Shown: in pieces, positions 12,452-21,185 of the stretch
How the letters are laid out: each line of letters starts with the position of its first letter
How positions within the stretch are numbered: the first letter of the stretch is position 1
From: an uncultured Gemmataceae bacterium
Lineage (GTDB): Bacteria > Planctomycetota > Planctomycetia > Gemmatales > Gemmataceae
Reading direction: 5' to 3'
Length of the DNA: 64,000 nt
Assembly (NCBI GenBank): GCA_963750165.1
Contig: CAVVPN010000011.1
Location: forward strand, 640,001-704,000
The notes under the pieces: model-generated
The model's database searches: none
The model's input: the letters and a program-made list of their open reading frames with translations, nothing else
What the model was told of the DNA's origin: nothing
Made by a program: the position numbers and the translations under genes

Positions 12452-12546
12452 GGCACTGCGTCACAGCGGACGGCAGCGGTTGCCACAGCAAGGAAGCCAA
12501 GAACGCCAAGAACGCCAACTTTTTTACACGTCGAGATCCGGTGCCT
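12452..12546 (+). repeat. Single internal unit of family-2 MITE-like repeat
   Basis: gccacagcaaggaagccaagaacgccaagaacgccaac...acacgtcgaga, shared with 40513-40799 and 61089-61384. Confidence 0.8.
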
Positions 12547-12603
12547 ACAGGACGTGGCTCGTGGGAGGTGTGGGCGCTGGCCCGTGATCTGCCGCTCGTG
12601 AGA

Positions 12604-12681
12604 GTCCTCGAAAGGATGAAGGATGAAGAAAAGACAGAAGAAGGGTTTTCTTCATCCTTCATCCTTCATCCTTTCGAGGAC
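12604..12681. repeat. Heptamer (GGATGAA)n inverted repeat overlapping thiolase stop
   Basis: gtcctcgaaaggatgaaggatgaagaaaa ... ttttcttcatccttcatccttcatcctttcgaggac. Confidence 0.85.
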
Positions 12682-13821
12682 GGTGGCGGTGGCCATGCCG
12701 TGGCCGATGCACATGACCTGCAAGCCGAAGCGGCCGCCGGTCACCTCCAGGCCGACGAGCATCTTCGCCAGCAGGCCGGCGCCGGTCGCGCCCAGCGGGT
12801 GGCCGTGGGCGATGGCCCCGCCCCACGGGTTGACGCGGGCCAGGTCCGGCTGCAACTCGCGCGCCCAGGCCAGCACCACCGTGGCAAACGCCTCGTTGAC
12901 CTCGAACCAGTCGATGTCCGCCATGCTCAGCCCAGCACGCGCCAGCGCCGCCCATGTCGCCGGGATGATGGCCGTGAGTTGCAGCGTGGGATCGTCGCCG
13001 ACCACGACGCGGGCGCGGAAGCGGGCGCGCGGCCGGAAACCATCGGCAATCGCCGTCTCGCGATCCGCGATCAGCACGGCCGCGGCGCCGTCGGCGATCT
13101 GGCTGGCATTGGCAGCGGTCACCACGCCAGCGCCGCCAGGGCGGAAGACCGTCGGCAGGCTCGCCATCTTCGCCGGATCGATCACGTCGCGAATGCCCTC
13201 GTCGCGCGTCAGGGGCACGCCGGCTTCCGTGGTGCCCGCGGCCGCCCCGGTCAGCAGCTCACGGTGCCAGCCCAGTCGGGCAGCGGCGGCCGCGCGGCGG
13301 TGGCTCTCGGCGGCGAAGGCGTCCGCCTCGGCGCGGCTGATGCGCCAGCGCTGGGCTACGCGCTCGGCACTCTCGCCCTGGTGGATCAGTTCGCGGCGTG
13401 CCAGCAGGTCCGGGTTGAGCCGCTCGAAGCCGCCGCCGATGTCGCTGAACATCGGGACGCGCGTCATGCTCTCGACGCCGGCGGCGATGACGTAACGGGC
13501 GTCGCCGGCGGCGACGGCCTGGGCGGCGAAGTGGACCGCCTGTTGACTGGAGCCGCACAGCCGGTTGAGCGTGACGGCCGGCACCGTGTCGGGGAAGCCG
13601 GACAGCAGCACTGCCAGGCGGCCGACGTTGGCGCCCTGTTCGCCCACCTGGGTGACGGTGCCGTTGATGACATCCTCGACCCGGGCCGGATCCAGACCGG
13701 CGCGCTCCACGAGGCCGCGCAGGGTCAGGGCGAGCAGCTGGTCGGGTCGGGTGTCACGGTGGGCGCCACTGCGGCGGCCGAACGGGGTGCGCACGGCTTC
13801 GAGGATCACAGGTTCAGGCAC
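12652..13821 (-). CDS. Thiolase (acetyl-CoA C-acyltransferase)
   Basis: [38 protein letters not shown]. Confidence 0.95.
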   Translation of the reverse strand: MPEPVILEAVRTPFGRRSGAHRDTRPDQLLALTLRGLVERAGLDPARVEDVINGTVTQVGEQGANVGRLAVLLSGFPDTVPAVTLNRLCGSSQQAVHFAAQAVAAGDARYVIAAGVESMTRVPMFSDIGGGFERLNPDLLARRELIHQGESAERVAQRWRISRAEADAFAAESHRRAAAAARLGWHRELLTGAAAGTTEAGVPLTRDEGIRDVIDPAKMASLPTVFRPGGAGVVTAANASQIADGAAAVLIADRETAIADGFRPRARFRARVVVGDDPTLQLTAIIPATWAALARAGLSMADIDWFEVNEAFATVVLAWARELQPDLARVNPWGGAIAHGHPLGATGAGLLAKMLVGLEVTGGRFGLQVMCIGHGMATATVLERMKDEG

Positions 13822-14080
13822 GCTAACCTCCGGGCTCAGACAGGTTTGTCATTGAACTTCGGTTTGCAATCCATTATTTCATTTTGTCCATCGGTCGCTC
13901 CGTTGGCTTCCGCCCGCATGACTTCGCGTCACGGCGGCTCGTTCGGGCCCGGGTTCATTCGACATTATAACGCCACCCGCACCCGGAGGAACGGCCCAAC
14001 TTCGCGTGGACAGGACGCGCCCGCCGCCGCACAATAGCGTTGGCGAACCGCCGCACCCTGACCGGAGGAGGGAGACGACC

Positions 14081-15880
14081 ATGCTCAACACGTCCTTGAA
14101 GGAAGCCGTGCTGCGCCTGCTGCCGCGCGTGCAGACGCCGGCACAGTATCTCGGCGGCGAACTGAACGCCGTCGTCAAGGACCATCGCGGCGTCCGCGGC
14201 AAGCTGTGCCTGGCGTTCCCCGACGCCTACACGCTCGGCATGAGCCACCACGGCTTGCAGGTTCTGTACACCATCATGAACAGCGACCCGCAGTGGGCCT
14301 GCGAACGCGCCTTCACGCCCTGGGTCGATTTCGAGGCCCTGCTGCGCCAGCACAATCTGCCGCTCTACTCGCTGGAGACGTTCACGCCGCTGCGGCAGTT
14401 CGACGTGCTCGGCTTCAGCCTGCAGTACGAAATCTGCTACACGAACCTGCTGACCATGCTGGACCTGGGCGGCGTGCCGCTGCACAGCAAGGACCGCACG
14501 CTCGCCGACCCGCTGGTGATCTGCGGCGGTCCCGGGGCGCAGAACCCCGAGGTGCTCGCGCCCTTCGTGGACCTGTTCGTCATCGGCGACGGGGAGGAAA
14601 GTCTGCCGTGGTTGATGGAAAAGTACATGACGCTCAAGGAGCACGGCGGCAAGTCGCGGGAGGACGTGATCGCGGAGCTGGTCGGCGGCACGACCTGGGC
14701 GTATGCGCCGATGTTCTACGAGCCGGAGTACCACGCCGACGGCACCCTCGCGGCGATGCACCGCACGCGCGCCGACGTGCCGCAGCAGGTCATGGCCTGC
14801 ACGATCACGCAGGACTTCGACGCCATCCCGCTGCCGACGCGGCCGGTGGTGCCGTTCGTCGAGACGCCGCACGACCGCATCGCCCTGGAGATCATGCGCG
14901 GCTGTCCGTGGCAGTGCCGTTTCTGCCAATCGACGGTCATCAAGCGGCCGTTGCGCGTGCGCAGCGTCGAAACCATCGTACAGTCGGCCCTGGAGAGCTA
15001 CCGCAACACCGGCCACAACGAAATCAGCCTGCTCAGCCTGAGCACCAGCGATTACCCGTATTTCGAGGAACTGGTGACGCGCATGCACGAGGTGTTCACG
15101 CCGCTGGGCGTCAACATTTCGCTGCCGAGCCTGCGCGTCACGGATCAGTTACGGTTGCTGCCGAAGCTGTTTGCCGGCGTGCGCAAGGCGGGGCTGACGC
15201 TGGCGCCGGAGGTGGCCCGCGACGACATGCGCGACCAGATCCGCAAGCCGATCAAGAACGAGGACCTGTACGAGGGCTGCCGCGAGGCGTTCAAGAGCGG
15301 CTGGAACAAGGTCAAGCTGTACTTCCTGTGCGGCCTGCCGGGCGAGCGCACCGCCGACCTGGACGGCATCGTGGACATGGCGGAGACGATCTCGCGCATC
15401 GGCAAGGAGGTCAAGGGCCGCTTCGTCGATGTGACGGCGTCGGTGTCGAACTTCGTGCCGAAGCCGCACACGCCGTATCAGTGGAACGGCATGCAGTCGC
15501 GTGAGTATTTCCACTGGGCCGGCCAGTATCTGCGGCAGCGCTGCAAGATTCGGGCGGTGCGGATCAAGCAGCACGACGTGGAGGTGAGCCTGCTGGAGGG
15601 CGTGCTGACGCGCGGCGACCGGCGCGTGGCCCCGGTGCTGGAGGAGGCATGGCGGCGCGGCTGCCGGCTGGACGGCTGGCGCGAGTGCTTCCAGCCGGAG
15701 GTGTGGTGGCAGACGTTCGCGGACCTGGGCGTTGACGTGCAGTGGTACTCGCACCGGGCGCGGCCGATGACCGAAGTGCTGCCGTGGGATCATGTCAACG
15801 TCAAGAAGGGGCGGCAGTATCTGGAGAAGGAGCAGACGCGCAGTTTGCACCAGCTGGAGGTCATGGCGGCGGCGACGTGA
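14081..15880 (+). CDS. B12-binding-like radical SAM protein (TIGR03960 type)
   Basis: PAQYLGGE, LAFPDAY, FSLQYE, CPWQCRFC cluster motif, FVPKPHTPYQW; GGAGG RBS. Confidence 0.92.
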   Translation: MLNTSLKEAVLRLLPRVQTPAQYLGGELNAVVKDHRGVRGKLCLAFPDAYTLGMSHHGLQVLYTIMNSDPQWACERAFTPWVDFEALLRQHNLPLYSLETFTPLRQFDVLGFSLQYEICYTNLLTMLDLGGVPLHSKDRTLADPLVICGGPGAQNPEVLAPFVDLFVIGDGEESLPWLMEKYMTLKEHGGKSREDVIAELVGGTTWAYAPMFYEPEYHADGTLAAMHRTRADVPQQVMACTITQDFDAIPLPTRPVVPFVETPHDRIALEIMRGCPWQCRFCQSTVIKRPLRVRSVETIVQSALESYRNTGHNEISLLSLSTSDYPYFEELVTRMHEVFTPLGVNISLPSLRVTDQLRLLPKLFAGVRKAGLTLAPEVARDDMRDQIRKPIKNEDLYEGCREAFKSGWNKVKLYFLCGLPGERTADLDGIVDMAETISRIGKEVKGRFVDVTASVSNFVPKPHTPYQWNGMQSREYFHWAGQYLRQRCKIRAVRIKQHDVEVSLLEGVLTRGDRRVAPVLEEAWRRGCRLDGWRECFQPEVWWQTFADLGVDVQWYSHRARPMTEVLPWDHVNVKKGRQYLEKEQTRSLHQLEVMAAAT

Positions 15881-16274
15881 CGCACAGGTCGGCCGCCCAC
15901 TGCGCACGCCGTCGGCGGAGGGCTTGCGTGAACTCCTGCACGCGCTGCCGCAATCGGGGCGGCAGGTCGGCCGCTGCCAGGAGTTGGTCGCCCAGACAGA
16001 TCGCTTCGTGAAAATTGCCCGCCTGGGCCCAGCAGCTGATCGCGCTGAAGCGGTGTAGCTGACTTTTTTCGTGCAACCCTTGGGCGGCGCACACCTCGCT
16101 CAGCTGTTCCTCCAGCGCGGCGGCCCGGGCGAACCGCTCCGCCGCGGCGTCCTCCTGCCGCTGGTCCCGGAGCAACCGCCCTTCCAGGATCAGGTTCGAT
16201 TTCAGGGTTTCGTCGGCCGCAAAGTCCGCGTCCAGCCCGTGCCGTGCGAGTCCCTTCAAGGGGCGCTGCATCAT
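15861..16274 (-). CDS. Hypothetical alpha-helical (TPR-like) protein, partner of upstream nuclease
   Basis: Ala/Leu/Arg-rich helices; ATGA overlap with the upstream ORF at 16271-16274. Confidence 0.7.
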   Translation of the reverse strand: MMQRPLKGLARHGLDADFAADETLKSNLILEGRLLRDQRQEDAAAERFARAAALEEQLSEVCAAQGLHEKSQLHRFSAISCWAQAGNFHEAICLGDQLLAAADLPPRLRQRVQEFTQALRRRRAQWAADLCVTSPPP

Positions 16275-16794
16275 GGGGTTCTCTCGTCAAAGTGAGGGAA
16301 GGAGAAGATCACGCGCCGGGTCGCAAATCCGACCACGATCACGTAGCCGTCCGCTCCGTAGGGGTTGTCCAGCAACTGCTGCACTTTCTCCCGGTGTCGG
16401 GCCTCCAGGTTGTCCGCGGTCGTGCCACTGACTTCCAGGCCGAATTCCTGCGTCTCGTCCAGGCACCAGTAATCGAAGCGGTCGCCCTCCGCCGCCACCG
16501 CGTGCAGGCGGATGCCGGCGAAGTGCCACAGGACCACGCAGGCCACCCCAGCGCGGCCCATTCCGTGAGCGGGTTGTCCTGGATGCCCAGCGGCAACCGC
16601 GGGATACTCTCCCGGTCCCAATGTAAACGGAGCGAATGCTCGCCCGCCATTTCGCGAACGTCCCGCAGTTCAACCGTCAGGAGTGTCTCAGTGTCATCCG
16701 GGGTGGATTGCAAGCGCGTCACGGCGAACGGCACAAACAGGTGCGTGGCGAGTGCGTGGAGTTCGCCGATGGTTTCGAGACGAAAGGAATCCAC
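16271..16794 (-). CDS. Putative PD-(D/E)xK-like nuclease (E..A / FDY / LEVSG), frameshifted near 16548
   Basis: Joining ORFs 16339-16794 and 16271-16621 gives TEWAALGVAC...GDRFDYW...GLEVSG. Confidence 0.6.
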
Positions 16795-16837
16795 AATACC
16801 ATCCCTTCAACCCTCCAAGGTGTCCGCGCTTCAAAGT

Positions 16838-16849
16838 CCATTATAATGG
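16838..16849. promoter_or_regulatory. Palindromic CCATTATAATGG giving a TATAAT -10 box on both strands
   Basis: Lies between divergent starts 16794(-) and 17045(+). Confidence 0.4.
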
Positions 16850-16906
16850 CGGGGGAGTTCTCCAAAGGTAAAAAGTGCGGCGACGGCAGCGGCTGACGGT
16901 TAGAGT

Positions 16907-16959
16907 AGGAGCAGACGCGCAGCTTGCACCAGCTGGAGGTCATGGCGGAGGCGACGTAG
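16907..16959 (+). repeat. Copy of the last ~53 nt of the radical SAM gene
   Basis: aggagcagacgcgcagcttgcaccagctggaggtcatggcggaggcgacgtag vs 15828-15880. Confidence 0.92.
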
Positions 16960-17044
16960 TTTGTCTCCCCTTCCCCGACCGGATCGCGGAACTGGGGCGC
17001 GGCACGCACTGGTTGCTCGGATTCCAACAACACCGGGAGGCCGT

Positions 17045-18574
17045 ATGAGGACGCAGACGCGGGCGCGATTCGGGGCGGCGGCGCTGGTGACGGTGCTGAT
17101 CGGGTTCGGCTCGGGACGGGTGTGCGGGCAGGAGCCCAGGCCGTTGCCGGCGGCGGTGACGGCCGCCTGGCAAAAGGCCGGCGCCGAGGTCGGCTGGACG
17201 AGGTCGGATAAATCCAGGGTACGACTGCTGTTTCGTCTCGGCAGGGCCGGGAAGGCTGGGGAGGTGCCGGCCTTCCGGTTCTCAGCGTGGCAGGGCGGCA
17301 TCCTCGCCAAACTGCCGCGGCCGGAGACCCCGTTTGGCTTGGACTTCGGCTCCACGAAGGTGGCGGACGCGGGGTTGAAGGAGCTGGCCGCGCTCCAGCA
17401 ACTGCAGGCGCTGAACCTTGGCTTCACGCAGGTGACGGACGCGGGGCTGAAGGAGTTGGCCGCGCTCAAGCGACTGCAGGCGCTGAACCTCGGCTTCACG
17501 CAGGTGGCGGACGCGGGGCTGAAGGAGCTGGCCGCGCTCAAGCAACTGCAGTTGCTGGGCCTCGGCGGCACGCAGGTGACGGATGCGGGTCTGAAGGAGT
17601 TGGCCGCTCTCAAGCAACTGCAAACACTGGACCTCAACGGCACGGAGGTGACGGACACGGGTCTGAAGGAGCTGGCCGCGCTCAAGCAACTCCAGTCGCT
17701 GGACCTCGGCTTAACGAAGGTGACGGACGCGGGGCTGAAGGAACTGGCCGCGCTCCAGCAGCTGCAGTCGCTGGCCCTCGGCTTAACGAAGGTGACGGAC
17801 ACGGGTCTGAAGGAACTGGCCGCGCTCAAGCAACTGCAGTCGCTGGCCCTCAACGGCACGGAGGTGACGGACACGGGTCTGAAGGAACTGGCCGCGCTCC
17901 AGCAACTGCAGGCGCTGAACCTCGGCTTCACGCAGGTGGCGGACGCGGGGCTGAAGGAGCTGGCCGCGCTCAAGCAACTGCAGTTGCTGGGCCTCGGCGG
18001 CACGCAGGTGACGGATGCGGGTCTGAAGGAACTGGCTTCGCTCAAGCAACTGCAAACACTGGTCCTCAGCAGCACGCAAGTGACGGACGCGGGGCTGAAG
18101 GAACTGGCTTCGCTCAAGCAACTGCGGTCGTTGTACCTCTACAACACCAAGGTAACGGACGCGGGTCTGAAGGAACTGGCCGCTCTCAAGCAACTGCGGT
18201 CGTTGTACCTCTACAACACCAAGGTAACGGACGCGGGGCTGAAGGAGCTGGCCGCCCTCAAGCAACTGCAGACACTGGACCTCAACGGCACGAAGGTGAC
18301 GGACGCGGGGCTGAAGGAGCTGGCCGCCCTCAAGCAACTGCGGTCGTTGTACCTCTACAACACCAAGGTAACGGACGCGGGGCTGAAGGAGCTGGCCGCG
18401 CTCAAGCAACTGCAAACACTGGTCCTCAGCAGCACGCAAGTGACGGACGCGGGGCTGAAGGAGCTGGCCGCGCTCCAGCAACTGCAATCGCTGAACCTTT
18501 TCAACACGAAGGTGACGGACGCGGGCGTAGCCCAGCTACGGAAGGCGCTGCCAAGCCTTGACATCCTCCGCTAA
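17045..18574 (+). CDS. Exported LRR protein with 16 near-identical 72-bp modules
   Basis: KQLxxLxLxxTxVTDAGLKELAAL x16; signal peptide; GGAGG RBS. Confidence 0.93.
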   Translation: MRTQTRARFGAAALVTVLIGFGSGRVCGQEPRPLPAAVTAAWQKAGAEVGWTRSDKSRVRLLFRLGRAGKAGEVPAFRFSAWQGGILAKLPRPETPFGLDFGSTKVADAGLKELAALQQLQALNLGFTQVTDAGLKELAALKRLQALNLGFTQVADAGLKELAALKQLQLLGLGGTQVTDAGLKELAALKQLQTLDLNGTEVTDTGLKELAALKQLQSLDLGLTKVTDAGLKELAALQQLQSLALGLTKVTDTGLKELAALKQLQSLALNGTEVTDTGLKELAALQQLQALNLGFTQVADAGLKELAALKQLQLLGLGGTQVTDAGLKELASLKQLQTLVLSSTQVTDAGLKELASLKQLRSLYLYNTKVTDAGLKELAALKQLRSLYLYNTKVTDAGLKELAALKQLQTLDLNGTKVTDAGLKELAALKQLRSLYLYNTKVTDAGLKELAALKQLQTLVLSSTQVTDAGLKELAALQQLQSLNLFNTKVTDAGVAQLRKALPSLDILR

Positions 18575-18638
18575 TTGGTTCGATAGCGACCGGCCAAGCG
18601 CTCCAGCGCTGTTGATGCCGCGACGGCCACGACACCTC

Positions 18639-18846
18639 CGGCTGGCGCGAGTGCTTCCAGCCGGAGGTGTGGTGGCAGACGTTCGCGGACCTGGACATTG
18701 GTGTGGAGTGGTACGCGCACCGGGCGCGGCCAATGACGGAGGTGCTGCCGTGGGACCACGTCAACGTCAAGAAGGGGCGGCAGTATCTGGAGAAGGAGCA
18801 GACGCGCAGCCTGCACCAGCTGGAGGTCATGGCGGAGGCGACGTGA
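18639..18846 (+). repeat. 208-nt copy of the radical SAM gene 3' end (15673-15880)
   Basis: Ungapped alignment ending at the same TGA; about half of the differences are synonymous. Confidence 0.95.
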
Positions 18847-18877
18847 CGCCGTGCATTCGAGAGACGGGGGAGCACAC

Positions 18878-19114
18878 ATGAATCGCTTGGTGGTGAAATC
18901 CAGAGTGAGCAGCGATGGCGTCTTGCACCTGGCGCTGCCGGTGGGTCTAGAGGCGGCGGACCAGGAGGTCCAGGTTACGGTGGAGACGGTCCCGGGTGCG
19001 CCGCTCTCCCGAGAGCAATGGCGGGCCTGGGTCCAGTCGATGGCCGGCGCCTGGCAGGGAGACTTTGAGCGACCGCCGCAGGGCGAGTACGAGGCGCGGG
19101 AGCCGCTATCGTGA
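18878..19114 (+). CDS. Putative antitoxin for downstream PIN toxin
   Basis: Small ORF (DGVLHL.LP motif) with GTGA overlap into the PIN gene. Confidence 0.75.
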   Translation: MNRLVVKSRVSSDGVLHLALPVGLEAADQEVQVTVETVPGAPLSREQWRAWVQSMAGAWQGDFERPPQGEYEAREPLS

Positions 19115-19515
19115 AATACCTTCTGGACTCGAACGCCTGGATCGGCTGGCTCCGCCAGAGCCAGCCGAATCTCGTGCGCCGCATCCAGCAGGAACAGCCA
19201 GCGGACATCGCCCTTTGTTCGGTGGTATTGGGGGAGTTGCTTTACGGTGCCCGGCACAGCGGGGCGGCACACCAGGCCAACAATTTGGCCCTGGTTGCCG
19301 CATTGCGTCAGCAGTTCGTCTCAGTCCCCTTCGACGACCGGGCTGCCGAGGAGTACGGCAAGGTTCGGGAACACCTCGCCGGACTGGGAACGCTGATCGG
19401 GCCGAATGACCTTCTGATTGCGGCGATTGTCCTGGCCAACGGCTTGACCCTGGTGACCAACAACACCAGCGAATTCAGCCGGGTGCCAGGGCTGCCGCTG
19501 GAAGATTGGCAATAA
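19111..19515 (+). CDS. vapC: VapC PIN-domain toxin
   Basis: YLLDSN, ELLYGA, IGPNDLLIAA, LVTNNTSEF. Confidence 0.93.
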   Translation: MKYLLDSNAWIGWLRQSQPNLVRRIQQEQPADIALCSVVLGELLYGARHSGAAHQANNLALVAALRQQFVSVPFDDRAAEEYGKVREHLAGLGTLIGPNDLLIAAIVLANGLTLVTNNTSEFSRVPGLPLEDWQ

Positions 19516-19618
19516 TTGCGCCGTCGCGGCTGTGGGCAGACCGATGACAACCTGGAGTGGATGCTGGATCGGGATTCCACACCCCCAGGTGCTACAGCGG
19601 CGCAAACGGTCGCTTGGG

Positions 19619-19700
19619 GTCAAGATGGGCCGACAATATCTTGCAGAAGGAGCCGACGCGCAGCTTGCACCAGCAGGAGGTCATGGCGGCGGCGACGTGA
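19619..19700 (+). repeat. Decayed copy of the radical SAM gene 3' end
   Basis: gtcaagatgggccgacaatatcttgcagaaggagccgacgcgcagcttgcaccagcaggaggtcatggcggcggcgacgtga, with a 1-nt indel. Confidence 0.85.
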
Positions 19701-19716
19701 GGACCGGGAGGTGCCG

Positions 19717-20604
19717 ATGATTCTGGGCATCGATCCCAAGGTCGATTACGCCTTCAAGCATCTGCTGGGCCGCGAGTCCACGCGCGACCTGTTGATCGAC
19801 GTGATCGACCGGGTACTGAACGCCGCGCCGGGCCACCAGATTCAAGAACTGGAACTGCTCAACCCGTTCAACCCAAAGGAGACGCTGGACGACAAGCTGT
19901 CGATCCTGGACGTCAAGGCGCGCGACCAGTCCGGCCGGCAGTTCAACGTCGAAATGCAAATGCTCGCCCACCGGCACTACGAGAAGCGCATCCTGTACTA
20001 CGCCTGCAAATTGCACCAGCAACAACTGCACGAGGGCCAGGATTACCTGGAGCTGCGGCCGACCATTTCGATCAGCTTCCTGGACCACGTGCTGTTCCCG
20101 CAGGCGCCGGACTATCACCTGCACTTTCGGCTGCAGGACGAGGCGCACCACGTCGTTCTGTCGGAAGACATCGAATTTCACCTGCTGGAATTGCCGAAAT
20201 TTACAAAGTCGGCGGCGGAGCTGACAACGGACCTGGACCGCTGGCTGTATTTACTGCGCCACGCCGCCAACGTGGACACAGACGCGGTGCCCGCGCCGCT
20301 GCAGCGGCCGCTAATTTTGCGGGCTTTGGAGGAACTGAAAGTGTTGACGCAATCTGACCTGGAGCGCGAGCGCTACGAGGCGCGGCGCAAGTGGCAGCTG
20401 GACTACAACACGGGCCTGAAGGTGGCCCGCATGGAAGGCCTCGAAGAGGGCGAACAGATCGGCCGAATTCAGCTGTGCGAGCAGTTGCTGCAACGGCCGG
20501 TGACGCCGCGCGAGCAACTGGCAGCGCTGACACTGGCGGACTTGACGCGCCTGGCGGCTGATTTACAAACCCAGGTGTTGCAGCAGCGCAACCCCACGAG
20601 TTGA
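19717..20604 (+). CDS. Rpn family recombination-promoting nuclease / PD-(D/E)xK putative transposase
   Basis: DPKVDYAFK, ILDVKARD, NVEMQ, KRILYY, ELPKF, YEAR.K; GGAGG RBS. Confidence 0.92.
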   Translation: MILGIDPKVDYAFKHLLGRESTRDLLIDVIDRVLNAAPGHQIQELELLNPFNPKETLDDKLSILDVKARDQSGRQFNVEMQMLAHRHYEKRILYYACKLHQQQLHEGQDYLELRPTISISFLDHVLFPQAPDYHLHFRLQDEAHHVVLSEDIEFHLLELPKFTKSAAELTTDLDRWLYLLRHAANVDTDAVPAPLQRPLILRALEELKVLTQSDLERERYEARRKWQLDYNTGLKVARMEGLEEGEQIGRIQLCEQLLQRPVTPREQLAALTLADLTRLAADLQTQVLQQRNPTS

Positions 20605-20649
20605 CTGCTGCCGTTGGCCGGCGATGCGCGAGAGCCACAAATTCGCCCC

Positions 20650-20918
20650 CCTCCGAGGACCTGAAAGCAGTGTCACCAAACAATCGATTGCGCGAGGGCT
20701 AGGAAGCGCGGCGCAAAGTGTTACTGGATTTCAAAGCAGAAATGGATGCCGTTCGCGCGAACGGTCGCGAAGACGGCGAACAGATCGGCAGAATCCAGTT
20801 GTGCGAGCAGTTGCTGCAACGGCCGGTGACGCCGCGCGAGCGGTTGGCGTCCCTGTCCCTGGAGGACTTGACCCGGGTGGCGGACGATTTGCAAGCCCAG
20901 GTGCTGCGGCAGCGCTAA
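20650..20918 (+). pseudogene. Duplicated Rpn C-terminal fragment (possible small ORF 20742-20918)
   Basis: GEQIGRIQLCEQLLQRPVTPRE identical to the Rpn tail; in-frame TAG upstream at the Y of YEARRK. Confidence 0.8.
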
Positions 20919-20974
20919 TGGCCTGCGGGTCAGAAGCACCCGTGCGACCGGCGAGCAGCCGGCCGCCGGCTAAG

Positions 20975-21058
20975 TGCCGGGGGCGGGACTCGAACCCGCA
21001 CGGTCTTGCGACCACAGGATCCTAAATCCTGGGTGTCTACCAGTTCCACCACCCCGGC
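20975..21058 (-). tRNA. tRNA-Leu(TAG), no encoded CCA
   Basis: gccggggtggtggaactggtagacac-caggatTTAGGatcctg anticodon arm, long variable arm, ggttcgagtccc T-arm. Confidence 0.95.
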
Positions 21059-21185
21059 CTGCGCCGCCGCTCCGCCATTCTAGCAGCCGACCCGGCCCTC
21101 GCAACCGTCCCGGCCCGGCGGCAGTTCCATTTCGGCCGCGTTTCCCTATCCTCAACCCACAACCACACCCCGGAGACGCGCTCTG

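Noticed and set aside
17350..18530. CRISPR array
   Set aside because: The 72-bp periodicity lies in frame within an LRR coding sequence, the variable parts recur, and there are no cas genes
15673..18846. Diversity-generating retroelement (VR/TR pair) for the radical SAM 3' repeat
   Set aside because: Differences are not adenine-specific and many are synonymous; no intact RT or Avd gene is nearby
20975..21058. tRNA-Leu as the integration site of the 15.9-20.9 kb cassettes
   Set aside because: No duplicated tRNA 3' fragment and no integrase found; the junction repeats derive from the radical SAM gene instead
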